From: an uncultured Gammaproteobacteria bacterium
GTDB lineage: Bacteria > Patescibacteriota > Microgenomatia > UBA12405 > JAHJSD01
Length of the DNA: 64,000 bases
Direction of reading: 5' to 3'
Assembly: GCA_964428655.1 (NCBI GenBank)
Contig: CAYRYE010000001.1
Location: 9,328-73,327, forward strand
Shown: piece after piece, positions 47,308 through 56,154 of the stretch
Layout of the letters: each line of letters opens with the position of its first letter
How positions within the stretch are numbered: position 1 is the first letter of the stretch
Made by a program: the position numbers and the translations under genes
The notes under the pieces: generated by a model
Told to the model about the DNA's origin: nothing
Database searches by the model: none
Seen by the model: the letters and a program-made list of their open reading frames with translations, nothing else

Positions 47308-50093
47308 TATTTTCCAAACTCTACTCCAAAATTTAGATCTTTATCCAATTGCTGGTTAAATAACAATTTGCCTGAGACTAAACTGGCACTGGGATTGACT
47401 TGCAGCGGCTGCCAATTTTCGGGAAAAGAGACGAGTAGGGAAACTGGCGTTTCTCGGTAGCCAGATTGCTTTTGCCAATAGAGAAGATACCCCAATTTAT
47501 CATTGTTGGTATTTTGCTGTTGGCTAAAGCGTATTTCAACAGTCAATCTTTGTCTGATTGGCACTTTTACTTGAAAGCCAATCACTTCTTTTCCATCCGC
47601 TATTTCCTCTTTTCGCTTATCAACACCGATAATCTTTCTATTCTGGGCATTAAGGGGATCGTAGGCAACAATTTCTTCTATTTTGCTTTGTTTTGGCAAG
47701 TAAACCCGCAGCCAACTGAGGTATTTTCCCCCGGGCCAGCTTTCAGACACAGCCGTGTTTTCGTAGTTAATTTTTAATTGGTGACCAATTTCGCCGTTTT
47801 CTTTGAATTCAATTGCCTGTTCCAAAGTCCGGCGGAGAAAGTAGTTAGCCTTATTGACTCCTAAGTTAGCCTCAACAAGATAGAGGTAGTCGGCAAAACA
47901 ATTGTCGAGATTACAGCGCGGAGTTCTGATACTGCCATCCCAATTCAGCTGATAAAGAGTTTTATTTAATTGAGAATTATGAGTAAAGATAAGAATCTCT
48001 TTTTCCTCCAAAGAATCCATAATTGCTTGAGTAATTTTCAGGTGTTCTTCAGGTCGGGCAGCTTTAATATTCTCAAATAATTGTTTGCCTAATAATCCTA
48101 AAAAGGCCATTTTTTGGTCTGAGCCGGGAAAAGATTCGTTTTCAGACCAGAATTCGGCCCGTTCAAAAAGATTATTGGCATCAATTTTTTCATTAAAGTC
48201 GGGCAAATAGACTTCTCCAAAAGCGCTGATTATTTTTTTGGCCGCTTCTAGATTAAAACCGATCGTCCCATCGACTTCGCGGCCTAATTCTTTTTTCAAA
48301 AACCACTCTGAGCTCTTAGCAGTTTTAGGAAAATTAGGGTTCCAGTTTGAGTCTCTTAAGTACCAGTTTGCCTCTCCTAGGATTTCCTTAATCTCTCTTG
48401 GCGGCTCAACATGCCCTTTGAGTTGGCCATCAGCAGTGTAGACATCTTTGACATCAAAATTAGTTAGGGCTCCGTCTTCAAAAGTAAGTAGAGCAAAAGA
48501 ACCAATAAAACCTCCGGTTGGACGTAGCTCCATATTGTTTTGTAAAAGAACTAGAAAAGTTCTTCGTTGATTGTCAAGGCCGATTATCCACGGGAGGTTG
48601 CTCAATAGTTTTTCGCCTTTAGCTAATGGTTTCCTAATATTTTCGATTTTGGCGGCCCATTCCTTAGGTAAATGGCGCCATCTAAGCGGTAGCCAATGCC
48701 AGGAATTTTTTAAAAATGCTTCAATGAGTGTTAATTCAGCCGAAAGCTGGCTTTGTTGGGTTTGGATTTGTTGGATTTGTGCATTAAAGTCAAGGTCTTG
48801 GTCTTTTAAGATGGCTTCAGATAGAATTAGGGCATTCTTGGCTAAAGGGACAGCATTTTCACTAGCAGCGGCAATTCTTTTTCCAGTTTCAGCAATTTGC
48901 CCCAAGCTTTTTTTAGCAGTCAAAAAGAGACAGCTTAAACGATGGTTTTTAAGGAAGTTCTCTGCTTGCCAAAAGTGGTTTTTTGCTTTTCGAGTTGAGA
49001 TTTCAGCTTCAGCCCAAGATTGAGATTTAAGATAAGTGAGAGTTTTTTTTAGCTGCCAGCTGCCCAACCCGATGGCGACAGTTGGTTTTAGCCAGACTGA
49101 TAGTACAACAGCCAAGCCAAACAGTAGGAAAATTAGTAAATATTGCCATTGACGCGGCTTTTTATTTTTTACTTCAGCGGGCGGCGTTTTCGGTTTAGTT
49201 AGTGGCGGTTTTTCTTCAAACTGAGAGATGATTTTTTTTACCTTCTCTTCTAAAGGCTCTTCGATAATAATAGTTTCTTCTTCTTTTTCTTTTCTGAGTT
49301 TTTTCTTAGTTTTTTTAACTTTTTTAGGGATGATGGGGACTGGAGTTGGAGCTGGTATTTCCGGGGTAGTAAGAATGGTGATTTTTTCTGGCTCAATTTT
49401 TTTCCAAAAATAGCGAAAGGCTTTTTCTATAGCAACCTGCCAATCTATTTTGGGCTGCCAGTTTAACTGCTGATTAGTTTCTTGAATTTGAGCTGAAAAG
49501 TATTGAGGCAAACTTTGCTTTGAAGAAAAATGGATTCCCTGGGTTGTTTGGCTTAATTGCTGTAAAAAGTTGGCTAGCTTTCCTAATTCCACTGATTGAC
49601 CCAAGACTAAGAATTCCTTTTCGGTTGTTCCTGGCGTAACCAATGCCTGCCAGACTGCTTCAGCTAAATCATTTACTTGCAGAGGATAAATTTTCTCTGA
49701 GCTGGAGCCTGGGAATTCTAAGACTTTGTTTTTGACAGCAGAGCTGATTAGTTGACCTAAAAATGAGCTGGTTGGCATTTGAGGACCAACAAGAAAATCA
49801 GTTCTGACAACACGCCAGTTTATTTTTTCCAATGGCGGTGAAACATGTTGGCCGATCATTAATTGAAGATATTTAGTATTTTGTTTTTGGGCTAAACTGA
49901 TTGCTTTCCGACTGCCAAAGCAGTCAACAATATAATCAACGGATTTAGGAAGTTTTTGGTTTGAACCCGATTTAACACTCAAGCCTCTTTTTCTGAACAG
50001 TTTAGCAATCGATTTTCTCAAAAAATGATCAGCGAATATGACCATTGTTGAGCTGGTTGTTGATATCTCGAATTGAAAAGAAGTTTTGGGCAT
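47307..50093 (-). CDS. Large membrane protein: degenerate NAD(P)-binding epimerase-like N-domain, Lys/Pro-rich linker, TM helix, C-terminal DUF4012-like extracytoplasmic domain
   Basis: 928 aa; TM WQYLLIFLLFGLAVVLSVWL; LRPTGGFIGSFALLTFEDG... resembles the DUF4012 family found in cell-envelope polymer loci. Confidence 0.5.
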   Translation of the reverse strand: MPKTSFQFEISTTSSTMVIFADHFLRKSIAKLFRKRGLSVKSGSNQKLPKSVDYIVDCFGSRKAISLAQKQNTKYLQLMIGQHVSPPLEKINWRVVRTDFLVGPQMPTSSFLGQLISSAVKNKVLEFPGSSSEKIYPLQVNDLAEAVWQALVTPGTTEKEFLVLGQSVELGKLANFLQQLSQTTQGIHFSSKQSLPQYFSAQIQETNQQLNWQPKIDWQVAIEKAFRYFWKKIEPEKITILTTPEIPAPTPVPIIPKKVKKTKKKLRKEKEEETIIIEEPLEEKVKKIISQFEEKPPLTKPKTPPAEVKNKKPRQWQYLLIFLLFGLAVVLSVWLKPTVAIGLGSWQLKKTLTYLKSQSWAEAEISTRKAKNHFWQAENFLKNHRLSCLFLTAKKSLGQIAETGKRIAAASENAVPLAKNALILSEAILKDQDLDFNAQIQQIQTQQSQLSAELTLIEAFLKNSWHWLPLRWRHLPKEWAAKIENIRKPLAKGEKLLSNLPWIIGLDNQRRTFLVLLQNNMELRPTGGFIGSFALLTFEDGALTNFDVKDVYTADGQLKGHVEPPREIKEILGEANWYLRDSNWNPNFPKTAKSSEWFLKKELGREVDGTIGFNLEAAKKIISAFGEVYLPDFNEKIDANNLFERAEFWSENESFPGSDQKMAFLGLLGKQLFENIKAARPEEHLKITQAIMDSLEEKEILIFTHNSQLNKTLYQLNWDGSIRTPRCNLDNCFADYLYLVEANLGVNKANYFLRRTLEQAIEFKENGEIGHQLKINYENTAVSESWPGGKYLSWLRVYLPKQSKIEEIVAYDPLNAQNRKIIGVDKRKEEIADGKEVIGFQVKVPIRQRLTVEIRFSQQQNTNNDKLGYLLYWQKQSGYRETPVSLLVSFPENWQPLQVNPSASLVSGKLLFNQQLDKDLNFGVEFGK

Positions 50094-50103
50094 TATGATG
50101 ATT

Positions 50104-50532
50104 TTAACAAACTTGCCTGCCTGTTGTAAGATCCAAGGCTTGATTGAGAAGTTGATCAGCCTCGCTGTTTAGTTCTCGAAAGATATGGTAGTAGTTGATT
50201 TTTGAGCGAAGATTCTTTTCCAAGGTTTTTGCTTTTTGCCAGAGAGATTTAATATTTAAAGATTTGATTTTAAACTCGCCTTTCATTTGAGCAACGACTA
50301 ATTTGGAGTCAAGAAAACAATCAATTACATTTACTTGAAATGTATTTTCTTTGACCCATTCTAAAGCGTGGATCAACCCTTGGTATTCTGCTTGATTATT
50401 AGTCGCTTTTCCAATGGTTTTGCCTTCTTGATAAATGGTTTTGCCTGTTTTGCTTTTGATGACTATTCCAATAGCAGCTGGGCCTGGATTGCCTCTTGCG
50501 CCTCCATCAGTGTAGATTTTTAAATATTTCAT
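50104..50532 (-). CDS. rnhA: Ribonuclease HI
   Basis: YTDGGARGNPGPAAIG, TNNQAEYQGLIHALEW, and a C-terminal D...ADxL catalytic layout. Confidence 0.9.
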   Translation of the reverse strand: MKYLKIYTDGGARGNPGPAAIGIVIKSKTGKTIYQEGKTIGKATNNQAEYQGLIHALEWVKENTFQVNVIDCFLDSKLVVAQMKGEFKIKSLNIKSLWQKAKTLEKNLRSKINYYHIFRELNSEADQLLNQALDLTTGRQVC

Positions 50533-50534
50533 GT

Positions 50535-50840
50535 TTAAAAATTTATTTCTTTCTCTAAATTTTTAATTTCTTCCCTAATCGGATCTAATTTTCTTGCTTT
50601 TTTGATTGCTATTTTGGCTAAATCTTTATCTTTAAGATTGTACCAAATAATAGCTAGTTTTGCCCAGGTGTCGGGATGCTCTGGATGTTTTTGGGCAATT
50701 CTTTTCCAAGTAATCAGTTTACCTTTCAACTCTTTTTTTCTTTGCTGGTAGGTTAAATAACTAATAATTAGAGTGGAAAAGGTGATACCAATACTTAATC
50801 CTAAAAAAAGGTATGGCGAGATTTTAATTATTTTTTTCAT
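50535..50840 (-). CDS. Small membrane-anchored protein with TPR-like helical C-terminus (hypothetical)
   Basis: N-terminal TM; WAKLAIIWYNLKDKDLAKIAIKKARKLDP is TPR-like. Confidence 0.4.
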   Translation of the reverse strand: MKKIIKISPYLFLGLSIGITFSTLIISYLTYQQRKKELKGKLITWKRIAQKHPEHPDTWAKLAIIWYNLKDKDLAKIAIKKARKLDPIREEIKNLEKEINF

Positions 50841-50841
50841 T

Positions 50842-52563
50842 TCAGCTTGATTCTACCCCTCTTAAAAATATTGCTCTCCAAGGCTGGTAAGCGGAATAGA
50901 ATGTTTTTTCGTGGAGAGTGTTTCCATTATTTGTTACTTTCCAGTCAAAAGCCGCCTTAGCGCCCCAGGATTTAAAATCAATTTGTTTGATAACACCTGG
51001 CGGTAAACTTGGGTCATCAATATATAAATCTTCTGGCGGTGGAACAGTACCCCAGAGTTTTATATTACTAATTTCCACTTTCCGGCCATCAGGTGAGCCG
51101 TAAAATTGAAAGGCAAGATAGTAATTTTTACGATCAAATTCTCTTTGGATAAGAATATAATTGCCGGTATCATTTTTAAATTTTAAATCACTTGTTGGAG
51201 AAAAGACGGTAGCGTCAAATCCCGGCTTTGAATTTTGTTCATAATAAGAGACTCGGTAGGCATGAGGGTGACGCTCAATAATAGGTAAACCAGTATTAAT
51301 TGCTGCTCGGAAAAGCGTGGTCGAGACTTGACAAACGCCGCCGCCGTCTCCCAAAACCGTTCGGCCCTCCTTAATTATATAGGCTTCACGATAACCAGTG
51401 GCTTTGGAGATATCTCCTAGGGCCTTGTTAAGAGAGAAAGTTTCTCCAGGATTAATTAGAATGCCGTTTAATTTATTAGAAGCTAGATCAACATTATGGA
51501 TTCTGGAAGTGATTGAGTGGCTGAAATATGATTCCCCCTCTCCAATCAGATCAACGATTCCTAATCGATTAGTATCAGGGGTTTTAATCTCGGGATCAAT
51601 TTTTCTGACTAATAATTCTTTAACACTCTTACTTTCGCCATTAATTAACTCATCCAATGCCTGTTCAATTAAATCACCAGCTTTCTCCTGGTTTAACTCA
51701 AAACCATCCTGGCCTGGTTTAAAGGCAGTTACTTTGCCGTGCTCAAATTTGAAAAGAGCGTCTTGGGCCGGTCGATTAATAGATTGAGTTAAGACTTCTA
51801 CATATTCGTTGATTTTTTCCCTGTCCCATTGGGAAGAAAAACTGACAAAATTGATTAATTGCACATCTTCGATAACAAAATTTTGTTGAGGACTGCTGAA
51901 GATAATTGTTTTGCCAATTAGTTTTTCCGCTTGCTCTTTGGCAAGTTTTATTTGATTTTCAGAAGGAAGGTTGTTTAGTTCCTTAACGACCAGATCAGCA
52001 GGTTGATCAATTTCAAAAGAAACAATTTTACTAAAAATAACCTTTCTTGAGGTTTTAGCATCAAGTTCCTTTCCCAACTTTCCCTCGCTGACAGTAACTT
52101 CTTTAGTTTTTTGATCAAAAGAAAGTTGAGTGGGAATAGCAGGCTGATAAATTTGGGCGGCAATTGTTGCCAGCTTTTCATCTAAAAGGCTTTCTTCTAA
52201 AGAAAATTCCAGGCTGATATATTTGGCTTTAAATTGGTTTTTGGCCGGGCTTCTTCGGAAAAGATAATATGCTGTTTGGGCAGTTTTCTGAGAATCTATT
52301 TGCAGATTTATTTCTTGTAAATCTATTTCCCAAGATTGGTTATTATGAGTCAAGTTCAATTTAAGACCTTTTTCTGTTTGAACTTTTCCATCAATAGCTT
52401 TTTTAGCTTGTTCAATAGTTAAACCACTGACATTAATATCATTTATCCAGGTTTTAGGATATATTCTGTTTTTATAAGCTAATAGAAAAGCCCCTAGGAT
52501 TGTAATTGGTAATCCAAGAGCAACAATGATTAGACTAAAAAAAATCGCCCTTTTCCAGCGCAC
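50842..52563 (-). CDS. VanW-family protein (cell-wall associated) with N-terminal TM anchor
   Basis: GGGVCQVSTTLFRAAINTGLPIIERHPH is the conserved VanW core. Confidence 0.75.
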   Translation of the reverse strand: MRWKRAIFFSLIIVALGLPITILGAFLLAYKNRIYPKTWINDINVSGLTIEQAKKAIDGKVQTEKGLKLNLTHNNQSWEIDLQEINLQIDSQKTAQTAYYLFRRSPAKNQFKAKYISLEFSLEESLLDEKLATIAAQIYQPAIPTQLSFDQKTKEVTVSEGKLGKELDAKTSRKVIFSKIVSFEIDQPADLVVKELNNLPSENQIKLAKEQAEKLIGKTIIFSSPQQNFVIEDVQLINFVSFSSQWDREKINEYVEVLTQSINRPAQDALFKFEHGKVTAFKPGQDGFELNQEKAGDLIEQALDELINGESKSVKELLVRKIDPEIKTPDTNRLGIVDLIGEGESYFSHSITSRIHNVDLASNKLNGILINPGETFSLNKALGDISKATGYREAYIIKEGRTVLGDGGGVCQVSTTLFRAAINTGLPIIERHPHAYRVSYYEQNSKPGFDATVFSPTSDLKFKNDTGNYILIQREFDRKNYYLAFQFYGSPDGRKVEISNIKLWGTVPPPEDLYIDDPSLPPGVIKQIDFKSWGAKAAFDWKVTNNGNTLHEKTFYSAYQPWRAIFLRGVESS

Positions 52564-52647
52564 GGTTAGTATTATATAACATTAGCTGTTCACTAATTAC
52601 TATTTTCCCTTGTAGCATTTAAACCGAGGTGGTAAAATAAAACCCAA

Positions 52648-54552
52648 ATGGGGGAACGAGATGAAATGCACATGATGGAAGAGGCCTCACGTCTTGGAGA
52701 ACAGTATAGGGAAATTGCATATGAGGGAATAATCTACGAAGAGAGAATTTTAGAGGCTTTAAAGTGGAAAACTGCAGAACAAGTTAATCTTGGGTGGTTG
52801 GAGGAAGTTATAGACGAGGGTCTTGCCTATCAAATGGGCAGATTGACAGAGAGATATGGCTACACTCTAAGTTCCGATGGTCCAGCCGCTTGGGAGTTAA
52901 CGAGACTGACAAGATTATTTTGTACTGTCGAGGAAGCCAGAGACAGGCCGATTACCAAAATTGCTGCGGCGGTAACAAGGGCGACTTTAGAAAATCTTGA
53001 CCGCCTAGGAAGAGACGAAATTGCGGGTTTCGATGGTGATGAAGCCGGGGAGGAAGACGGAGAAAAGTCAGGGCTTCAGTGGTATGATGTTTTGGCAGTT
53101 TCAGAAGCGGAAAGGGATAATCCCAAGTATGATGGCTGGCGAAGTCTGACAGCCAAAGAAGCTTTTAGGTTTAAATTATATGAGCTTCATGCTCGAGCAA
53201 CAGCAATTTTAAACATTACTACGGTTGACCAACAAGTTATGTTAGCTGCTGATGATGCTCAGGCTATGGTTGATTTGGTTTTAAGACAAAAGGATCTTCA
53301 TTTTCTAGACACTATTACTCCTGATTCCATGGTTTGGAAAGCTGCTTTTTCTGGTGAGTGGGGAGAGAAAGTTGATAGGGCTTTGTGGTTGATTGATGTG
53401 GTAGGAAGAGAAGGTTTTAGGTATGTTGATGAAAATAAAGAGAGTCGACATCTCAAAAAACCTTTTGCCGACAGTAAGGAATTTTCTGACGAAAGGGTCT
53501 TTGCCAATTTCATGAAAAGACTATATAAAGCTGCCGGTCGGGATATGAGTGCTGCTTTGTTTGCTTGGCAATTAGCTCGTGGTGTTTGGGGCATAATTGG
53601 CGAGTACGGATATACTGTAAAGGAGGAAGAAAAAAATGTTTGGAATCATAAGGGTGAACATTTAGGGAAGAAGAAAGTTAAAGTTCATAAAATTGGCGAT
53701 TCTCCATTTGTAACTAATCACCAAACTTGGACAATGCATACAGGCGCAAAAAGAGCGGCTGAATGGGGAATAACATGTTATGACCAAGTTGCTCATCCCC
53801 GAGGTGAGGAATTTCCTTTTCTTACTACCTATAGATTTGCTTTAGGTGGTTCTTTTGTTTCTCATGCGGGTTTGCCTTATTCTTTAGGTATTACAAAAGA
53901 TAAGGAATTGCTACAATTGCTACCCTCTTATTTAAAATCGGCAAAAATTGATTATGAAGGAAAGAAAGTTAGTCTTTACGATCTTTGGTCCGGGGAAATT
54001 ACAGGCAAAAGGATTCCTTTAGGTAAGTTGCCCTGGGGTGAAACACAAAGGGTTGAAACTGGTACTGATGAATCACTGCCTCTTGCCTCATTTGGCTTAT
54101 GGAGGTCTCTTCACTCGCGCGCTTTAGCAGTGGTTACCAAGCTGTTAAGAGGAAATCCACCGCTAAGAGATCTTACTTCAGAAGAATTTTGGCAAGGTTC
54201 AGTTTTTAGGCATCTTGCAAAAGTAACTCCAATTAATAATATTCCTGGCGACAGTGAGTATACCAAGCCTTCTGAGAGCTTTAGAACCAGACTGGTGTTA
54301 AGCTGGATATTAGCGAGAAGACCGTCCCTTTCCACAGACAAGGGATTGCTTGTTTTTCACTATGTTCACCCAGATGAACAATGGAAGGGCGTAAATGCTG
54401 ATGATTCGCCAGTCTCAGTAGCTAGAATACTCTGGCACGCGGTAAACACAAGCTTTCTTCGAGATAAAGACTTTGATTGGATAATGGAACAAGTGAAGGA
54501 GGTAGTTACTCTCACCCACGGAGAAAAGGCAGCCTTCTACAAAAAATCTTGA
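52648..54552 (+). CDS. Hypothetical cytoplasmic protein (634 aa), compositionally atypical (GC-richer, Glu/Trp/Arg-rich)
   Basis: Long uninterrupted ORF; no TM or signal peptide; no recognised motifs. Its codon usage visibly differs from neighbours, with many G/C-ending codons. Confidence 0.5.
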   Translation: MGERDEMHMMEEASRLGEQYREIAYEGIIYEERILEALKWKTAEQVNLGWLEEVIDEGLAYQMGRLTERYGYTLSSDGPAAWELTRLTRLFCTVEEARDRPITKIAAAVTRATLENLDRLGRDEIAGFDGDEAGEEDGEKSGLQWYDVLAVSEAERDNPKYDGWRSLTAKEAFRFKLYELHARATAILNITTVDQQVMLAADDAQAMVDLVLRQKDLHFLDTITPDSMVWKAAFSGEWGEKVDRALWLIDVVGREGFRYVDENKESRHLKKPFADSKEFSDERVFANFMKRLYKAAGRDMSAALFAWQLARGVWGIIGEYGYTVKEEEKNVWNHKGEHLGKKKVKVHKIGDSPFVTNHQTWTMHTGAKRAAEWGITCYDQVAHPRGEEFPFLTTYRFALGGSFVSHAGLPYSLGITKDKELLQLLPSYLKSAKIDYEGKKVSLYDLWSGEITGKRIPLGKLPWGETQRVETGTDESLPLASFGLWRSLHSRALAVVTKLLRGNPPLRDLTSEEFWQGSVFRHLAKVTPINNIPGDSEYTKPSESFRTRLVLSWILARRPSLSTDKGLLVFHYVHPDEQWKGVNADDSPVSVARILWHAVNTSFLRDKDFDWIMEQVKEVVTLTHGEKAAFYKKS

Positions 54553-54588
54553 GGAGTTTTTTAAGGAAGTAAAGTAAATGGTTTAATT

Positions 54589-56112
54589 TTATCTACCTTG
54601 TAGTTTCCTTAGGAGTGCTTCGTATAAGACATCTATGCCTTTCGCTGGCCCTCCTTTAGTCACAACTTCGCTACCACTACCTTTCTTTTCATATCCCAAT
54701 CGTTGTCCGTATTTACCTCTTGCTATAGCTGACCTTACTGATGGAGCGGCACCCATGAGTCCGTATTTAGCACCTGTTTTAACTGGCCCGAATGCCTCGC
54801 CGATGGCGGTGCCAAATCCTGGATCTTTTATTCCCATGGCGTTTCTTATTATATCAGGAATTTGGGCTAAAATTAACAAAAATCCCATGCCGATGATGGT
54901 TTTGATGAAAAACGCAGATCTGGAACCGGTTACGTCTAACAGGGGAGCGGCCCACATTGATTCTAAATTAGCTGATTGAAGAATAAAGACACCAATCATA
55001 GACACAACGACTACTGCCGGAAAAATTAGAATTTCAGCAAAGATTCCCTTTATCCAAGTGCCGAACCCACCGGCTTGGAAACCAGGGATGGCCCCCATCA
55101 TTATCTGGAGCGGTCCTATGATAACAGCAAAAATAATTTTTATATATGCTTTAGTTAGTCCAAATAATAATTTAAAAAGCAAAAACAAAGCGATAACTGT
55201 CCAAATTAACATTATCAAGGCTGGTCCAGCAAGTAAGCCGATAGCAGCTCCAATCAAAAATTGTCCTCCTATGAGGGTACCGATGACAGTGCCAACAACG
55301 CCGCCAAGAGCTGTTGCAAGTACGAATATACCATTTCCTGCATTAGTAACGGAAAAAAACATTGGCAAAAGAGCGAAAAAGCCGCTATTAATGACTCTGG
55401 TAGGCGTGACCTCGCCTAGTTTCACCGGGCCCAATTGAAACAGTACTGGTTCAATGCCGCCTGTTTTTAAAACTGTAATCCCAAGGGCTATTAAGACATA
55501 CATTAGATCAATCAAAAATCCGGCGATGGCGTAGGAGAAGGTGACTAAAATCAAGGCGCCGATGATTTTGGGCAAAGCGTTTTCAATGGTGATGACAGCT
55601 TGGGGCGATATTTTTACCCGGAACATAATCGCTAGACCGATGCCAACAAAGATAAGAGTAAAAAGAACATAAGTAACATTTCTAAAAGCTTTCCAAATAG
55701 GCAGGATTGGCTGTAAACCGGTGAAACCAACTCCTTGAGCGTAGGCTGGCGCCGCTCCCAAACGATGTAAAACATCATAGGCATAGTAAACTCCTGAAGC
55801 CGGTGGATTAGCGTAAACAGCGCCAATTAAATTAGTGGTGAATTGAAGAGCGCCTATTTCCTGTTTTATTTTTCCTGATTGGGTTCCTTCAGGTGAACCT
55901 TCTCCAGTTCCAGCCATGTTTTTCAAAAAGCCAAAAACAGTATCACTTAAAGTATGTTCATGAAGTCCTTCAGCCGTTAATTTATCTTTATTATTTAAAT
56001 AGTCTTCGTAGCTTGAAGCAGCAAAGGTGAGTTTGAGAGAACCAGCAATAAGAACGCTGAAACAAAAAAATAAGAAGCTTAAACTGATGATTTTCTTTGC
56101 TTTTCTATTCAT
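54589..56112 (-). CDS. VirB6/TrbL-like polytopic membrane protein (putative T4SS channel component)
   Basis: Signal peptide, about 100-aa periplasmic region, then 7-9 Gly/Ala-rich TM helices and a short cytoplasmic tail; genomic context next to the pilin array and virB-like genes. Confidence 0.45.
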   Translation of the reverse strand: MNRKAKKIISLSFLFFCFSVLIAGSLKLTFAASSYEDYLNNKDKLTAEGLHEHTLSDTVFGFLKNMAGTGEGSPEGTQSGKIKQEIGALQFTTNLIGAVYANPPASGVYYAYDVLHRLGAAPAYAQGVGFTGLQPILPIWKAFRNVTYVLFTLIFVGIGLAIMFRVKISPQAVITIENALPKIIGALILVTFSYAIAGFLIDLMYVLIALGITVLKTGGIEPVLFQLGPVKLGEVTPTRVINSGFFALLPMFFSVTNAGNGIFVLATALGGVVGTVIGTLIGGQFLIGAAIGLLAGPALIMLIWTVIALFLLFKLLFGLTKAYIKIIFAVIIGPLQIMMGAIPGFQAGGFGTWIKGIFAEILIFPAVVVVSMIGVFILQSANLESMWAAPLLDVTGSRSAFFIKTIIGMGFLLILAQIPDIIRNAMGIKDPGFGTAIGEAFGPVKTGAKYGLMGAAPSVRSAIARGKYGQRLGYEKKGSGSEVVTKGGPAKGIDVLYEALLRKLQGR

Positions 56113-56154
56113 CTATCTCTGTTGATTATAATTTTCTATTTTCTTCCGGTCAAG

